The translations under genes and the position numbers were made by a program. Below the pieces are notes generated by a model. That model was not told where the DNA came from. It ran no database searches and was given only the letters and a program-made list of their open reading frames with translations. A stretch of DNA of 64,000 nt from a virus, in the IMG/VR virus record IMGVR_UViG_3300025949_000016; one strand, 5' to 3'. Within the stretch, counting starts at the first letter, position 1, and each line of letters begins with the position of its first letter. Of the stretch, positions 20,553 through 29,864 are shown in pieces.

Positions 20553-21222
20553 TTTTATTTCTGTCGGCTTCTTGGGTTACTCCTATTCGTAACTCCATAT
20601 CTATACTTTTACTATAATCAATCCATTTAAATTCTCCACCTTCTTGCTTAGGTTTTTCTAAAGCAAGTGGTGCTATTTCTATTCTACGAGGTATACCAAA
20701 TGCATCAGCTAAGATAATACCATGTAATGAAGAACTAACAATTTTCTTACATTGTCCTATTTGTTTTATTACCTCTAGTGGATCATCAGTTACTCTTATA
20801 ATTTTAGGATTATATTTCTTAAATATTGGATTTTCTTCCAATGTTTTATCTGTCCAATGAGGTACTAATCCTAGATCATATATTTTATCTTGATCTCCTA
20901 CTAATTCATCTGCTAGTAATCCAGGATCTGCTAATACTATATTATCAAGTCTTTTACCAATTCTAGATCTAGTAAAAGGACCTCTTAATGCAAGTATTCT
21001 AGCGTTCTCAAATTTACCAAAAGATTCTTTGTGTAAGAATCCACAACCTGCTATTACTCCCTTATAATCACTTGTTAAATGTTCAAGAATAGATCCAGCT
21101 AAAACTAATTCAGCATCCTCTGGTTTACTCCACTCCGAATCTAAATGGCAAAATCTTTTAATTAATAAAGGAGTCAGCTGATCTCCAAAGTTCTTTTTAA
21201 TATTCCAATAATATGTTTTCAT
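20491..21222 (-). CDS. polysaccharide pyruvyltransferase (ExoV-like)
   Basis: NFGD, LRGPFT, ADPGLL, LVPHW, SSSLHGIILADAFGIP. Confidence 0.85.
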   Translation of the reverse strand: MKTYYWNIKKNFGDQLTPLLIKRFCHLDSEWSKPEDAELVLAGSILEHLTSDYKGVIAGCGFLHKESFGKFENARILALRGPFTRSRIGKRLDNIVLADPGLLADELVGDQDKIYDLGLVPHWTDKTLEENPIFKKYNPKIIRVTDDPLEVIKQIGQCKKIVSSSLHGIILADAFGIPRRIEIAPLALEKPKQEGGEFKWIDYSKSIDMELRIGVTQEADRNKIVEKQNELFDVFEEIRSIFS

Positions 21223-21599
21223 TAATCTTCGTTAAATTCTTCTTCAGTAAAATCGTTATCTAACTCATGATAATTACAAGTTATTTCATCTCCAGGATAA
21301 ATATCTTTAAGAGCATATTGCTCATTAAATCCTATAGTAGTATTTGGATCAGTTGAATGATTAGTAAACTTAGCATCATCTCCACAATAAATCCAATATC
21401 CATTATTAAAGTATATATATCTTTTTAAATATTTAAGTTGATCATCTGTTAGTGGGATATTTTTGAAATCTTCATCTGTCATTAAAATATCTGTACCACT
21501 TATCTCCCACATTTTAGTGCCTTGCGGTATAAATTCTGCCGAATATAAACCTATTCCTTCTATACCACTCTTATCTATGTAAGTCTTTACTAGATTCAT
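21222..21599 (-). CDS. SET-domain protein (putative protein lysine methyltransferase)
   Basis: SGIEGIGLYS, FTNHSTDPN, ALKDIYPGDEITCNY. Confidence 0.88.
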   Translation of the reverse strand: MNLVKTYIDKSGIEGIGLYSAEFIPQGTKMWEISGTDILMTDEDFKNIPLTDDQLKYLKRYIYFNNGYWIYCGDDAKFTNHSTDPNTTIGFNEQYALKDIYPGDEITCNYHELDNDFTEEEFNED

Positions 21600-22480
21600 T
21601 TTATAAGTTCTTTTAATGAATTAATTCTTTTATGTCCTACTTGATAGCGTTCATTGTGTGGTGCTGTAAGCAGATAAGTACAAATACCAGCTTTATTTAA
21701 TTCTACAAAGTTATCAAAGCGATCATCTACAAATATATCTATTCCACTCTCTTTAGCCACATCAACTTTAGATTGCCCAAATCCTATACTATAGACAGGT
21801 GCTGTTGGAAAACCATTCTTTTGAATCCATTTTTCAGTTATTTCTTTTGGTATACTTCTTGCAGTAATATACGCATGAGGTTCAAAAGGTATATCTTCAG
21901 GATTAATTTTTCTAGGCATATTTAAATAAAATTCTTCCATTTCTTCTTGTGTCATGCTTTGAAAATCCCCTTTTATATTATAAGAAAAATACCAGGAGGT
22001 AGGAGTATTATATCCAAACTTGTCCGCCCAACTATCACACCATTTACAAAGTACATCATCTATATCCAATCCAATTTTAGGTCTATTTAAATATTCATGA
22101 GGACGATCATCCCCTTGAGGATAAATAGAATAGTACGAAACTAATGCCAAAGCATTCCATGCAACATGAGCCATATGTAAACATCCTGTTTCTTGATCAT
22201 AATCTTCTCCTTTCTTAAATGCTTCTTTATGACGTTCCAAAGATGCTAGAACTGACTGCCAACTCATACCTTTCTCCCAGTTTCTGGGTTCATATTTATT
22301 TGCACCAATAGTAAAAACCTTAGCCAGTTCTTTCATAGCATGAGGTTCAAATAAATCATAACGTAATTTATTCTGATTGTATCTCAGGCCCTTGTGATTC
22401 TTCGCTTCCACTAGCGTCGAAGATTTTGAATTCTGATGTAGAATTTTGTCCAGTTGCTTCTCCAATGAATTTTGTTCCAT
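21596..22480 (-). CDS. dATP/dGTP diphosphohydrolase-like domain fused to HAD 5'-nucleotidase-like domain
   Basis: N-term KLRYDL..GANKYEPRNWEKG..D.ETGCLHMAHVAWNAL; C-term GLDIDDVL, ITAR, FVDD. Confidence 0.8.
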   Translation of the reverse strand: MEQNSLEKQLDKILHQNSKSSTLVEAKNHKGLRYNQNKLRYDLFEPHAMKELAKVFTIGANKYEPRNWEKGMSWQSVLASLERHKEAFKKGEDYDQETGCLHMAHVAWNALALVSYYSIYPQGDDRPHEYLNRPKIGLDIDDVLCKWCDSWADKFGYNTPTSWYFSYNIKGDFQSMTQEEMEEFYLNMPRKINPEDIPFEPHAYITARSIPKEITEKWIQKNGFPTAPVYSIGFGQSKVDVAKESGIDIFVDDRFDNFVELNKAGICTYLLTAPHNERYQVGHKRINSLKELIK

Positions 22481-22685
22481 CTATAAAAGGATTTTTCTTT
22501 AATTTTACTTTAATTGTTTCTAATTGACCTTTAGTACCATTTTTTTCTAGATCATCCATTTTACTTTTCCAATAAGTCCAATCTTCTTCTGTCCACCATT
22601 CTGTATTACCTAGTAGATCATTCGGCTGGGTTAGTTCAATTTCAAACCACTCATCATCTTCATATATTACTTTGTATTCTATCAT
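22368..22685 (-). CDS. hypothetical protein
   Basis: 105 aa; C-terminal tail overlaps the next gene. Confidence 0.5.
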   Translation of the reverse strand: MIEYKVIYEDDEWFEIELTQPNDLLGNTEWWTEEDWTYWKSKMDDLEKNGTKGQLETIKVKLKKNPFIDGTKFIGEATGQNSTSEFKIFDASGSEESQGPEIQSE

Positions 22686-23413
22686 AGTTTATCTATTATT
22701 TGTTCCACTGTTATATCAGGTATATAATCTGTTATTTTTATTGCATCGGGATTATTACCCCAGGTCATATTTTGATTAGTTAATAATATATTTTTTACAC
22801 CTAAATGAAAAGCTAAATGTGATGTTCCAGTTACTACTGATATTAAACCTAATGATTTTTTATATATTGAACATAAATCTTTAAAATTAATATTATACAA
22901 AGGTACAACATTTTTTTCATTTAACCAAATATTTTTTTCATCATATTTAGAATTTCCAAGTACTCCAAACTTTATACCTGGTAGTGTTCTAACTAATTCT
23001 AACCATTTATTTATTGGCCACTTCTGCTCTTCTGGTAATGACCTTGCAAATGGAGATAATAAATAATCTATATGTTCATAATGTAAGTATGCTTCTTCAT
23101 TATAAGTTAACTTAGCTTTAGGGGCAGGTATTGGTACTTGCAAACCTGCTTGTTCCATAAAAGCTTGTGTCATATAATAATTCTTTTTAACTGCTATTTG
23201 AAAAGCTTCAGATGAACTAAGAATAATTGGATTCATTTGATCAGAATAAGAAGTGATTCTAGAAATTCTATCACTCTTTATTAGTTGAAACAATCCACTT
23301 GCTTCAGGATGTATCTTTACTAATACTATTTCTTTCTTAGCTAAAGTTTGCATAGCTGGTATAGTACCTAAGAAATCGCCTATTAATCCTTCTTTATTGT
23401 CTATAAATATCAT
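22682..23413 (-). CDS. glycosyltransferase family 9-like (heptosyltransferase-like, GT-B)
   Basis: GLIGD at N-term, KWP..W..L, ISVVTGTSHLA..LG, ITVEQI at C-term. Confidence 0.75.
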   Translation of the reverse strand: MIFIDNKEGLIGDFLGTIPAMQTLAKKEIVLVKIHPEASGLFQLIKSDRISRITSYSDQMNPIILSSSEAFQIAVKKNYYMTQAFMEQAGLQVPIPAPKAKLTYNEEAYLHYEHIDYLLSPFARSLPEEQKWPINKWLELVRTLPGIKFGVLGNSKYDEKNIWLNEKNVVPLYNINFKDLCSIYKKSLGLISVVTGTSHLAFHLGVKNILLTNQNMTWGNNPDAIKITDYIPDITVEQIIDKL

Positions 23414-23580
23414 AGAAATATTTAAAAGATTTATTACTTATACATTTAAAAGTCCATTTATATCCATCTTCACAAGGCTCCGGTTCAGATATAATCTCTA
23501 TATCTTCTCCGATAATTAAACTAATTTCATTTCCAAAATTAATTATAAATTCTTGTTCGTCTATTCCAGGCTTATCCATA

Positions 23581-24126
23581 TTAATTATTTATATCATGAT
23601 AGGTATGACATTGTTTATATATAGAATCTTTTATTCTCTCTTCTTCTAATTGTTTATTATAATCTTCTTCAGCAGTTTTTAGATTTATAATATGTTTAAA
23701 TATATCTTTTTTAAGTGAACATATATCATCGTATTGCGTTTCTTGATTAAGTGAGTAAAGGTCACTACTACCTAAAGTAGTATATACTTTATTACCTTTA
23801 TCTCTAAATATAAATGAAGAATCTATACCTTTTGTTCCAAAATAACTATATGTATAATAATACACACCTACATATTTACCACATCCATTTTGTTTTATTT
23901 TATAAAAACTAGGTAATTTAAAATTACAACTATCTACTAAATCTAAACATACTTGCTCTCCTTTTACTTTAAAAATTTTAAGTCCATGTACATGATTATT
24001 ACCGTCAATAGTCATACTAGTATACTGACCTGCTGGTATGTTTACTGTATCTCCACCTTTTAACTTTACTTCATTATTCTTGCAAGAGAATAATTCTAAT
24101 ATTAAAATAACTATTAAATATTTCAT
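23581..24126 (-). CDS. putative lipoprotein
   Basis: MKY-hydrophobic stretch-FSC lipobox. Confidence 0.6.
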   Translation of the reverse strand: MKYLIVILILELFSCKNNEVKLKGGDTVNIPAGQYTSMTIDGNNHVHGLKIFKVKGEQVCLDLVDSCNFKLPSFYKIKQNGCGKYVGVYYYTYSYFGTKGIDSSFIFRDKGNKVYTTLGSSDLYSLNQETQYDDICSLKKDIFKHIINLKTAEEDYNKQLEEERIKDSIYKQCHTYHDINN

Positions 24127-24668
24127 TGCTTAATTAAATATGCTTGATAATTTACTGATTTATTAATTGGTTGTCCGAATTCTTCTAATGCTTGTTTAAC
24201 GCCAGGACAATTAGGCCATTCATAATCATCGAAAGCTATAATACCTCCTTTATTCATCCTAGGCCAAAACCATTCTAAACTTTCTTTAACTGACTGATAA
24301 AAGTCTGTATCTATATGTACAAAATCAAATATTACATGTTCATATTCTGTATCTTTTACAGAATTTGGAAATATTCCTTTTATTAAATAAAGTATATTTT
24401 GATAACCTATAAAATCTGTAACTTCTTGTAAAGATGTTTCATTAAATTCTCCGGGTTTATGAATTTCATTTTCACTCCACTGCTCTTTAGGTAAACCTTC
24501 AAATGTATCAAATCCAAGGGCTGCTTCCACATGCGGAAAGTGATTTAATAGATATTTTAATGAACCTCCTTTATAAACTCCCACTTCAGCTATTATTTCC
24601 GCTTGAGTTTTCTTGCAAAGACTCACCAAACTGTCTAATCGATCTTGTGTTATCAATGTATTCTCCAT
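24123..24668 (-). CDS. TylF/MycF/NovP-family O-methyltransferase
   Basis: EVGVYKGGS, FDTFEGLP, HIDTDFYQS, GGIIAFDDY. Confidence 0.88.
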   Translation of the reverse strand: MENTLITQDRLDSLVSLCKKTQAEIIAEVGVYKGGSLKYLLNHFPHVEAALGFDTFEGLPKEQWSENEIHKPGEFNETSLQEVTDFIGYQNILYLIKGIFPNSVKDTEYEHVIFDFVHIDTDFYQSVKESLEWFWPRMNKGGIIAFDDYEWPNCPGVKQALEEFGQPINKSVNYQAYLIKQ

Positions 24669-24715
24669 AAGTTATAAATCTGCTTTCTAATTCCGCTAAT
24701 TTAATTTCTAATTGA

Positions 24716-25063
24716 TTAATCCTCTCTAATATCAGTAATAGTAATTCTTGATTCATCTAATTCTTTTTCTATTTTGTCCATGTAATCATTTAACTTTGTT
24801 TCAAACTTTTTACGCGACCATAGACATATATAAACTCCATATTTATCACTTATTACTCTTGTTAGATCACATCCTTTATCCGCAACTTCTTTAAGATCCC
24901 TACCTTTACTAAAGGTATCAAACCATGTAATAGAATAGAGTTGTTCTATTGGAAGTCTTGCATAACCTAAAACCCATTCATTATTTTCATCTACATCTTC
25001 ATCAGTTGCTTCGTCATTATAGACTTTAACTGGAAATAAAAAGAATTTATCCGTGTGTTTCAT
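24716..25063 (-). CDS. hypothetical protein
   Basis: 115 aa ORF. Confidence 0.55.
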   Translation of the reverse strand: MKHTDKFFLFPVKVYNDEATDEDVDENNEWVLGYARLPIEQLYSITWFDTFSKGRDLKEVADKGCDLTRVISDKYGVYICLWSRKKFETKLNDYMDKIEKELDESRITITDIRED

Positions 25064-25988
25064 CTTCTATTAATTTACGATATTGTATCCAACCATTTAA
25101 ATTACTAACATATTTACCTTTCTTATATTCAACTTTTCTATCTTCTTTTTTTAATAGATTTCCACTTATTTCATAACCACTATAAAAATAATCTAACTCT
25201 TCTTCTGTAGGAACTCTAGCTTGATGTTCTGTTGGACTTAAATGCTTGGGATTATTAGCCACTAAGCGGTCATATAATTCAATATCTTTTTTATAATCTA
25301 TTTGTCCATCGTGAGTTAGATAAGAGATTCTAGCGCATCTAGCTACGCTTATCTTAAGTTTTAGTTGTTGTTTAGTTATATTGTAAGCATCTAACTCTTC
25401 ATCATTTCCTTCTAATTCCTTACTAAACTTAAAATTAGGCATATTTTCTTCAAAAGGTATGTGCCACTGACCAGGTTCTAAATATTCCGGTTCATTAATA
25501 GCCATTTCAAATCTAATCTTTTCCGCTAACTCTCTTATTTCAGGTTGAGCATCTGGATGACATCTTAACTCAAAGAAATTATCCCATTCTGTACCTGTAC
25601 ATATAATTTTAATATGTTGAAAAGGTTCTAAATAACGATTGATATTTTGTTTATGAATTCCTAATGTTTTTAAGGTATCTATATATCTTATAATATCTTC
25701 TCTTTGAATTTTTAAATATTCATTTAATAAATCAATTTCTTTTTCATCTACTATAATATCTCCTTGCATTCCTTTTTTATTTTTAGTCCATATAGGTAAT
25801 ACAGGATTTTCTTTTATTTGCTCAACCATTTTTTCAACTGGTATTGCTCTTGAGCTAGCACTATTTTTACTTAGTACTCGATGAGTCATAAACTCAGCAT
25901 GAATATACCGAGGATATGTAAGTTCTAGAGTAGTAAGTCTATTACCTAACCAATTAGTCGAATCTTTTAATATTTTCGCGGATACCAC
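25047..25988 (-). CDS. thyX: FAD-dependent thymidylate synthase
   Basis: THRVLSKNSASSRA, HKQ..NR.LEPF, LRCHPDAQPEI, ARCARISY, HLSPTEHQA. Confidence 0.88.
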   Translation of the reverse strand: MVSAKILKDSTNWLGNRLTTLELTYPRYIHAEFMTHRVLSKNSASSRAIPVEKMVEQIKENPVLPIWTKNKKGMQGDIIVDEKEIDLLNEYLKIQREDIIRYIDTLKTLGIHKQNINRYLEPFQHIKIICTGTEWDNFFELRCHPDAQPEIRELAEKIRFEMAINEPEYLEPGQWHIPFEENMPNFKFSKELEGNDEELDAYNITKQQLKLKISVARCARISYLTHDGQIDYKKDIELYDRLVANNPKHLSPTEHQARVPTEEELDYFYSGYEISGNLLKKEDRKVEYKKGKYVSNLNGWIQYRKLIEDETHG

Positions 25989-26196
25989 TCTTTATCTTTT
26001 TTATTTCTTCTGCTACTGCTTTTCTAAAGGCGTCATGAAATTGTGCATAACCGCCACTGCTAGTAACAATTGTATTTTCTCCATCAAATATTTCAAATAA
26101 TCCTAATTGTAATTGGCGTATATACGGTACACCATTTACTCTTTGCTCTTCATAATATTCTTTGAGTTTTTTCTCAAAGTCTTTATTCTGTTTCAT
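25954..26196 (-). CDS. hypothetical protein
   Basis: probable start MKQNKDF at 26196; preceded by a 39-aa TM/Cys-Lys ORF at 26183-26302. Confidence 0.5.
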   Translation of the reverse strand: MKQNKDFEKKLKEYYEEQRVNGVPYIRQLQLGLFEIFDGENTIVTSSGGYAQFHDAFRKAVAEEIKKIKSGIRENIKRFD

Positions 26197-26321
26197 TCTT
26201 TTTACATTTACATTTTTTCTTACACTTGCAATTACTATTAACGTTATTGTCAATAATACTTAAGATACAAAGTATCAAAATAAAAACTAAAAATATTTCC
26301 ATAATCTATTAAGTTTATACA

Positions 26322-26356
26322 CAAATATACAACTAATTTTTTAATCTACCAAATTT
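26322..26356 (-). promoter_or_regulatory. Bacteroidota-type sigma70 promoter
   Basis: TTTG-N20-TATATTTG on the minus strand with AAATTTGGTAG extension. Confidence 0.75.
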
Positions 26357-26748
26357 ATTATTTACTATAGTATATGCATATCAAGTCTTTTAAAACCCTT
26401 CAAGAGTTATTGACTTGAAAGATCTTACTAGTGATATATACAAAAGATAATAGATAAACTATATACCTCCCCATTTCTATATCACTGTCTTCTAAAACTT
26501 TCAGGACCCAGCTTAAAGCCATAGACTACTTCTAGTCAACCTGAGAGATAAGTAGAGCTATTACTAGCTTGAAGGTCAGGAGTTGTCATAGACTGCAGAC
26601 ATTGCTCCTACTTTATTCTACTTTCTGAATTACTCCACTAGTCAAGTTTATGATTATCAACCTAGTGGCTAGCTTTATAAAGACTCGTCTTTTATTAACT
26701 GATAAAAATGGATCTCAGTGGTTAAAAGAAGCTAAAACCTTTTAAAAT

Positions 26749-26783
26749 AAAAAAGTCCTATCAGCGACGAATAGGACCTTTTT
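26749..26783. terminator. bidirectional terminator-like hairpin / attenuator
   Basis: AAAAAA-GTCCTAT-9 nt loop-ATAGGAC-CTTTTT. Confidence 0.7.
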
Positions 26784-26829
26784 AGATCATGATGACTACA
26801 TCTAATTTATTTTATTTATCGCTGAAATA

Positions 26830-26861
26830 CAAAGGTACGACGAATTTTTGAAATAACCAAA
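26830..26861 (-). promoter_or_regulatory. Bacteroidota-type sigma70 promoter
   Basis: TTTG-N20-TACCTTTG on the minus strand. Confidence 0.75.
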
Positions 26862-26862
26862 T

Positions 26863-27339
26863 TTATTTTAGTTCTTTTATTGTCCAACGTTTATTTACTC
26901 TACCTTTATCTTTTCTTATATATTTTATATTAGTTATGGGAGGATAGTTATAAACTGTTATATTATGAAGTACTGTACATCCAGGTCTATGCTCTGGACA
27001 TGGTCCTGGTTCTAAATGTTTACTTAATTCTCCTTTTCTAGTTATTACCTTATATCCACTTACAAAATAAACTTCAGATGCTTTAGTTGTTCCAACATTA
27101 GTTGTATCTGTTATAAGAAATTCACATGCTACTGTATCTCTTATTGTAGTGTCTCTAGATATTATATCTACTCCACTATCCCATCCTGGACTAAGTGTTA
27201 TATTCTTCATATCACTTAATATAACAGTACCTGAACTAATAGTAGGTATTGTATCTAAACTATTCTTAGGTAATCTTAAAAGTTGTGATTTAGCCCCTAT
27301 AGTTGAGAGACTAAATAAAATGATTAAAAATTGTTTCAT
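26863..27339 (-). CDS. secreted hypothetical protein
   Basis: signal peptide MKQFLIILFSLSTIGAKS-Q (Gln after the cleavage site, Bacteroidota-like). Confidence 0.6.
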   Translation of the reverse strand: MKQFLIILFSLSTIGAKSQLLRLPKNSLDTIPTISSGTVILSDMKNITLSPGWDSGVDIISRDTTIRDTVACEFLITDTTNVGTTKASEVYFVSGYKVITRKGELSKHLEPGPCPEHRPGCTVLHNITVYNYPPITNIKYIRKDKGRVNKRWTIKELK

Positions 27340-27356
27340 TGGTTTTTATTTTAATT

Positions 27357-29213
27357 TTAAATGACTTCACAACCTCCTCCAGAACAAGCTAACTCAGCTT
27401 TAAGATTTGTAAAGTCAAGTTCTTCTTTAACTTTATCTAAGTTAATTTCATTTAAGTACTTAGACAATTCTTCATATTTTTCTTTCGTTATTTTTTCAAA
27501 TGGCGCTTGAACATAAGTTCCAAGATCTTCTGGTAAGACTGATATAGCACTAAAATAGTCTTTATTTGTCCATATCCAAGCTCCTACCTCATCCCATTCT
27601 TTGTCTTTTAGATTGACTGTAATTGACACGTTATTAAAGTTATCACCTTTTCTATGACCAGGTCTAACCCAATTAATCTGATAAGACTTGGCTCTTTCTA
27701 AGAGACTTAAAGCTGACTCATTTTCTTTTAATATAGAACCTTGAGGTGCTTTTTGAGGTATAGAAATAACTGCTTGAATATCAGGTTTAAAAGCATCATC
27801 TTCTATTAATTCTGGTAAAGTAGATTTAAGATAAGAATAAATAGCTTCATTTTTACCTACTCTTATTCTTCTTATATAGTATTCGTTATCCCAAGCATGT
27901 ATACCAGAACTAGATCCTAGTACAATAGAGGCAGTACCTTCAGGTTTAATAGTAGTACACCTAGCCGCAGGATTAATATTTATAATCTCAGCTACTCTTT
28001 TATTAGTATCTGAAACCATTTCAGATCCTTTTCTTAATATTTCATCACTATAATCAAACGAAGCAACACCAGTTTGACTTACTCCTATTAGAGCCTCTTT
28101 CTCGGTAGTAATTTGCCAACCTTCTCTTAAGAAATGAAAGTCAGTAAATCCTGCTTGCAAAGTTCCAAAGAAAGATGCTGCTTCACATCTATCATAAAAG
28201 TCTTGTTCATTTTCTATATTAGATACATTAACTGTTGTTAAATTACAGAATTGTTTGTCTCGCAATGAGATTTCAAAACAAGGATTAAATCCATAGTCGG
28301 GATTATTACTAAATACAAATCCTGGTTCTCCAGTCTTATTGGATTTAACAATAGACCAAAATTTCTCCCATTCTGATTTCTTAATCTTATGCCGTAAGAT
28401 AACTGCTGAATTATTACAACGTGCAAATGCTGGATTTAACTCCCACCATTTACCTGACTTACAATACAGCATTTCGTTATCATCAAAATCAAATAAACAT
28501 GAAAGAGCAGCTCTTCTAATACCACCAGCTAAAACTGCGTCAGCTACATAACAACAAATTTTATGACACTCAATAGGCTTAAGTTTTTCTCCATTATTTT
28601 TAGAATCTAAAACTTGTTTGATTTCAAATAAACAACGTTCTAAAGGTTGATGGCCTGGAGCTTTACCACCACTTGTAACTAGCATTGCTCCTTTAGGTCT
28701 TATATCTCTAAAATCAAATACAGGGCAAGCTTTTATTATTCCAAAATAAGACTTTATTAAAGAATTAACTGCATCAGCCCAACCTTGTATAGAGTCGTCT
28801 ACTAAGAATCGTCTTTCTTTACTAGGCTTACTAATCTCAGGTAATTCAGTAATGTGTTTTCTTTGAACTGAATAACCAACCCCTGACCCCCCTAAAAGTA
28901 AAAACATAACCTCACCAAAAGCTCTATAATCTGATATGTGTAAGAATGCACAATTGTATAAGCGATTGGGACTTATGTCTATAGGTTTACCTGCAAACTG
29001 TGCAGCCCTCATTGACATAAGTACTTTCTTATCCCTTATAAAATTCATATAGTAACTTATGTCACTTCTAAGCTGCGGATATTTCTTAATCATCATTTTG
29101 TGATAACGATCACAAATTTCATTCCAATTTTCTCTTCTATTTTCCTCTGGTAAATACTTTGCATATTTCATGAATATGCCAATTTGAGATAAAATTTCTT
29201 GACTTAAGTTCAT
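27357..29213 (-). CDS. nrdJ: ribonucleotide reductase, probably class II (B12-dependent, monomeric type)
   Basis: YNC, GGSGVGYS, NPCFEI, FCNL, TTIKPEGT, C-terminal CSGGGCE; no nrdB in window. Confidence 0.8.
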   Translation of the reverse strand: MNLSQEILSQIGIFMKYAKYLPEENRRENWNEICDRYHKMMIKKYPQLRSDISYYMNFIRDKKVLMSMRAAQFAGKPIDISPNRLYNCAFLHISDYRAFGEVMFLLLGGSGVGYSVQRKHITELPEISKPSKERRFLVDDSIQGWADAVNSLIKSYFGIIKACPVFDFRDIRPKGAMLVTSGGKAPGHQPLERCLFEIKQVLDSKNNGEKLKPIECHKICCYVADAVLAGGIRRAALSCLFDFDDNEMLYCKSGKWWELNPAFARCNNSAVILRHKIKKSEWEKFWSIVKSNKTGEPGFVFSNNPDYGFNPCFEISLRDKQFCNLTTVNVSNIENEQDFYDRCEAASFFGTLQAGFTDFHFLREGWQITTEKEALIGVSQTGVASFDYSDEILRKGSEMVSDTNKRVAEIININPAARCTTIKPEGTASIVLGSSSGIHAWDNEYYIRRIRVGKNEAIYSYLKSTLPELIEDDAFKPDIQAVISIPQKAPQGSILKENESALSLLERAKSYQINWVRPGHRKGDNFNNVSITVNLKDKEWDEVGAWIWTNKDYFSAISVLPEDLGTYVQAPFEKITKEKYEELSKYLNEINLDKVKEELDFTNLKAELACSGGGCEVI

Positions 29214-29230
29214 TAATTTACTTCTTTATA

Positions 29231-29262
29231 CAAATATACAACTTTTTATTTATATAATCAAA
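29231..29262 (-). promoter_or_regulatory. Bacteroidota-type promoter for RNR
   Basis: TTTG-N20-TATATTTG; a second copy at 29391-29421 (TTTG-N19-TATCTTTG). Confidence 0.75.
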
Positions 29263-29587
29263 TAATATTTATAATTAAAATCTTCTTTTAAATAAAGTTC
29301 CATTTATAAAATGAAACAAAATAAATAGTATTGTAATAATCCAAACTATAATCATTGTTCTATTTTTAATTTTATATTACCTAATAAGTACAAAGATAAG
29401 TAAAATAGTTGAGATTACAAAATTTATTTATGTATTAATTTTTGGTTTAGGTACTTAGATATATGTGTAGTGAGTTAGGTACCATCCTCCTAACTGACCC
29501 CTCCTACAACTGGGGAGTGGGACATACCCCTATCAAATCATACGGTAAGTCTCGAAATCATATTCAATCATCAAAAAAGTCAAAGTT

Positions 29588-29809
29588 ATGGCTGCCTATT
29601 ATTTCATCATAGATGCTGATTTAGAAAAGCATCCAATGATCAAGAACGCAATTGAATCAATGATTGGTAACCCAGATTTGGGCATTGATTGTATCACATC
29701 AACTCGCTCACTAATAGATTTCCAAAGTGCAGCTGATAATGAATGGGATAAGCACATGAATGATGAAGAGTCTTGGGGACGCATAGCAGGCTGTTGCTCA
29801 GCAGATTAG
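29588..29809 (+). CDS. hypothetical early protein
   Basis: first plus-strand ORF after the strand switch. Confidence 0.55.
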   Translation: MAAYYFIIDADLEKHPMIKNAIESMIGNPDLGIDCITSTRSLIDFQSAADNEWDKHMNDEESWGRIAGCCSAD

Positions 29810-29864
29810 CACACTACTTTACAATATAAATAACACAATTACAAAACACTTTAAAACGTTTACA

